NCBI GenBank assembly: GCA_002633005.1
Contig: NMRA01000122.1
Location: forward strand, 562,182-626,181
Direction: 5' to 3'
Source: Phoronis australis
Lineage: Eukaryota; Animalia; Phoronida
DNA: 64,000 bases
Part shown: in pieces, positions 51,951 to 64,000 of the stretch
Numbering within the stretch: position 1 is the stretch's first letter
Layout: every line of letters begins with the position of its first letter
Made by a program: the position numbers and the translations under genes
Notes under the pieces: model-generated
What the model saw: only the letters and a program-made list of their open reading frames with translations
Databases searched by the model: none
Told to the model about the DNA's origin: nothing

Positions 51951-52965
51951 GTGCTCATTGTCATTCTGTGTCTTCATTTGTATCTATCAATCCTCTCTAT
52001 CGTTCTTCATCAAAAGAAGTAGGCTATATCTACTAAGATTTAGATGCCTAGTGCTGTGTCCCTTTGTGGCATGTTTTATTTCTCGCTGCAAATGTTGAAA
52101 ACTTATTTATTTTTTAGACTTTTATTTAACGTTAGCTACCAAAGGTAAGGTACCAACCCTTTTTAGTCAATTCCGAATGTTGCAGCTACCCCATGTTGTC
52201 AAATTGCTGTCTTTATCAGCACTGCGTTGCCCTTGTCTGATACTAGTGAATCACAACACACAAATCAACTGAAAAGGCTCTACTAAAACACATTCCCACC
52301 ATTTTCAATTATTCATTTTAAATGGAATCGCGTCACTGCCGACTTTTACCCACAAAGAGGAAAATGAAAAGAAAAAAATTAACGTTTATGTACTGACCAT
52401 GTTTATTAAGAATACACTTCAAAATTATACTTCACACATAACTGATGTGTTTAATTAAGTAGTAAATTCGTACATGATTTTTTATATAAAAATACATTTA
52501 AAGAATAAAAATTTAACTATTAAAATTACAATCACAGAATAAAAAAGCACTGTTTTTTTGTAACATTTCCCATTGTTCATAGCTCAACATGATATACCGG
52601 TAACTGTTAAATATACAGAATAAAGTATCTATTAATCCTGAATACATCCAAAGGTTTCCACACAATGTTTAATTTTTTTGACACATTTCACATAATTGTC
52701 AAAGTCATCAATGCAATTTAGGCCGTAACATTCAATGCATTTCCAGCACAGTCAATGTTAGTCTCTCCACAAGTCCTGCAACTGTCTGCACTAAGATCCA
52801 CGTGCCTATATGCTTTTAATCTAGTGATTCCAATTAAGGGACATTCACCGTGGCTTCATTTTTGGCGCAGGCGGCTATCTCTTGTTTTGGTGCGTCTTAA
52901 ACTGGCTGTTTGCCCCTGTGTATTCAGTCCACTCAATAGCAAGTGTTAAACTGAATAAACAACGT

Positions 52966-63634
<10,669 letters not shown>

Positions 63635-64000
63635 CTGAAATGATTGTAATTCAATCATTAATTTGTAGTAATACTGAATCTCGTGGACTAGTCTCTGGGA
63701 GTTTTCATGTCAATCTGCCTACAGCACAGAGGTCTATTTAACAAAACTGACTTAAAAAGTGGAAATTGCATGCCAATTCCTTACCTCTGTGATTGCTTGG
63801 TCAAATTAGTCAGATACACAACACATAGCGACAACGTGAATATGAAATAGGATGAAAATTGCCAAATGTTTTTATGAACAAGTTTGGTGTAAAAAATGAT
63901 CCGCCGTAAATCACTCAACGGTGTCCAGTAAGTATCGTGATGTGGTGTTGGGGAATAACACTACATATTGAGGATTATGTGCAAAGGACACCTAATTGCA

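Overview
Intron-rich, AT-rich eukaryotic genomic DNA from an invertebrate animal (bilaterian, probably spiralian; taxon is my inference), with one assembly gap (14839-15285). I reconstructed five spliced genes exon by exon. CSE1L/exportin-2 (-, 5' part only) is head-to-head with a complete ACP5-type purple acid phosphatase (+). A complete MYSM1 (-) is head-to-head with a complete ANAPC2 (+). The 3' part of DPYD (-) ends the window. Introns are full of non-autonomous DNA transposons (pogo/Tc2-like, hAT-like with 5-6 bp TSDs, Kolobok-like, Helentron/HINE-like). Main observations: (1) a 5'-truncated Penelope-like retroelement with a GIY-YIG tail, inverted pseudo-LTRs and two oppositely oriented hammerhead ribozyme cores, nested in a MITE in an ANAPC2 intron; (2) a U12-type intron in MYSM1 that keeps frame only with non-canonical ends, most plausibly GT-AT; (3) a DPYD minisatellite made of about 12 copies of an exon/intron junction whose extra donors all lie behind an in-frame stop, plus a second decayed donor duplication in the same gene; (4) repeat-borne arrays of CTCF-consensus motifs in convergent orientation; (5) a five-level transposon nest. 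Most short ORFs in the supplied track are spurious or partial exons.
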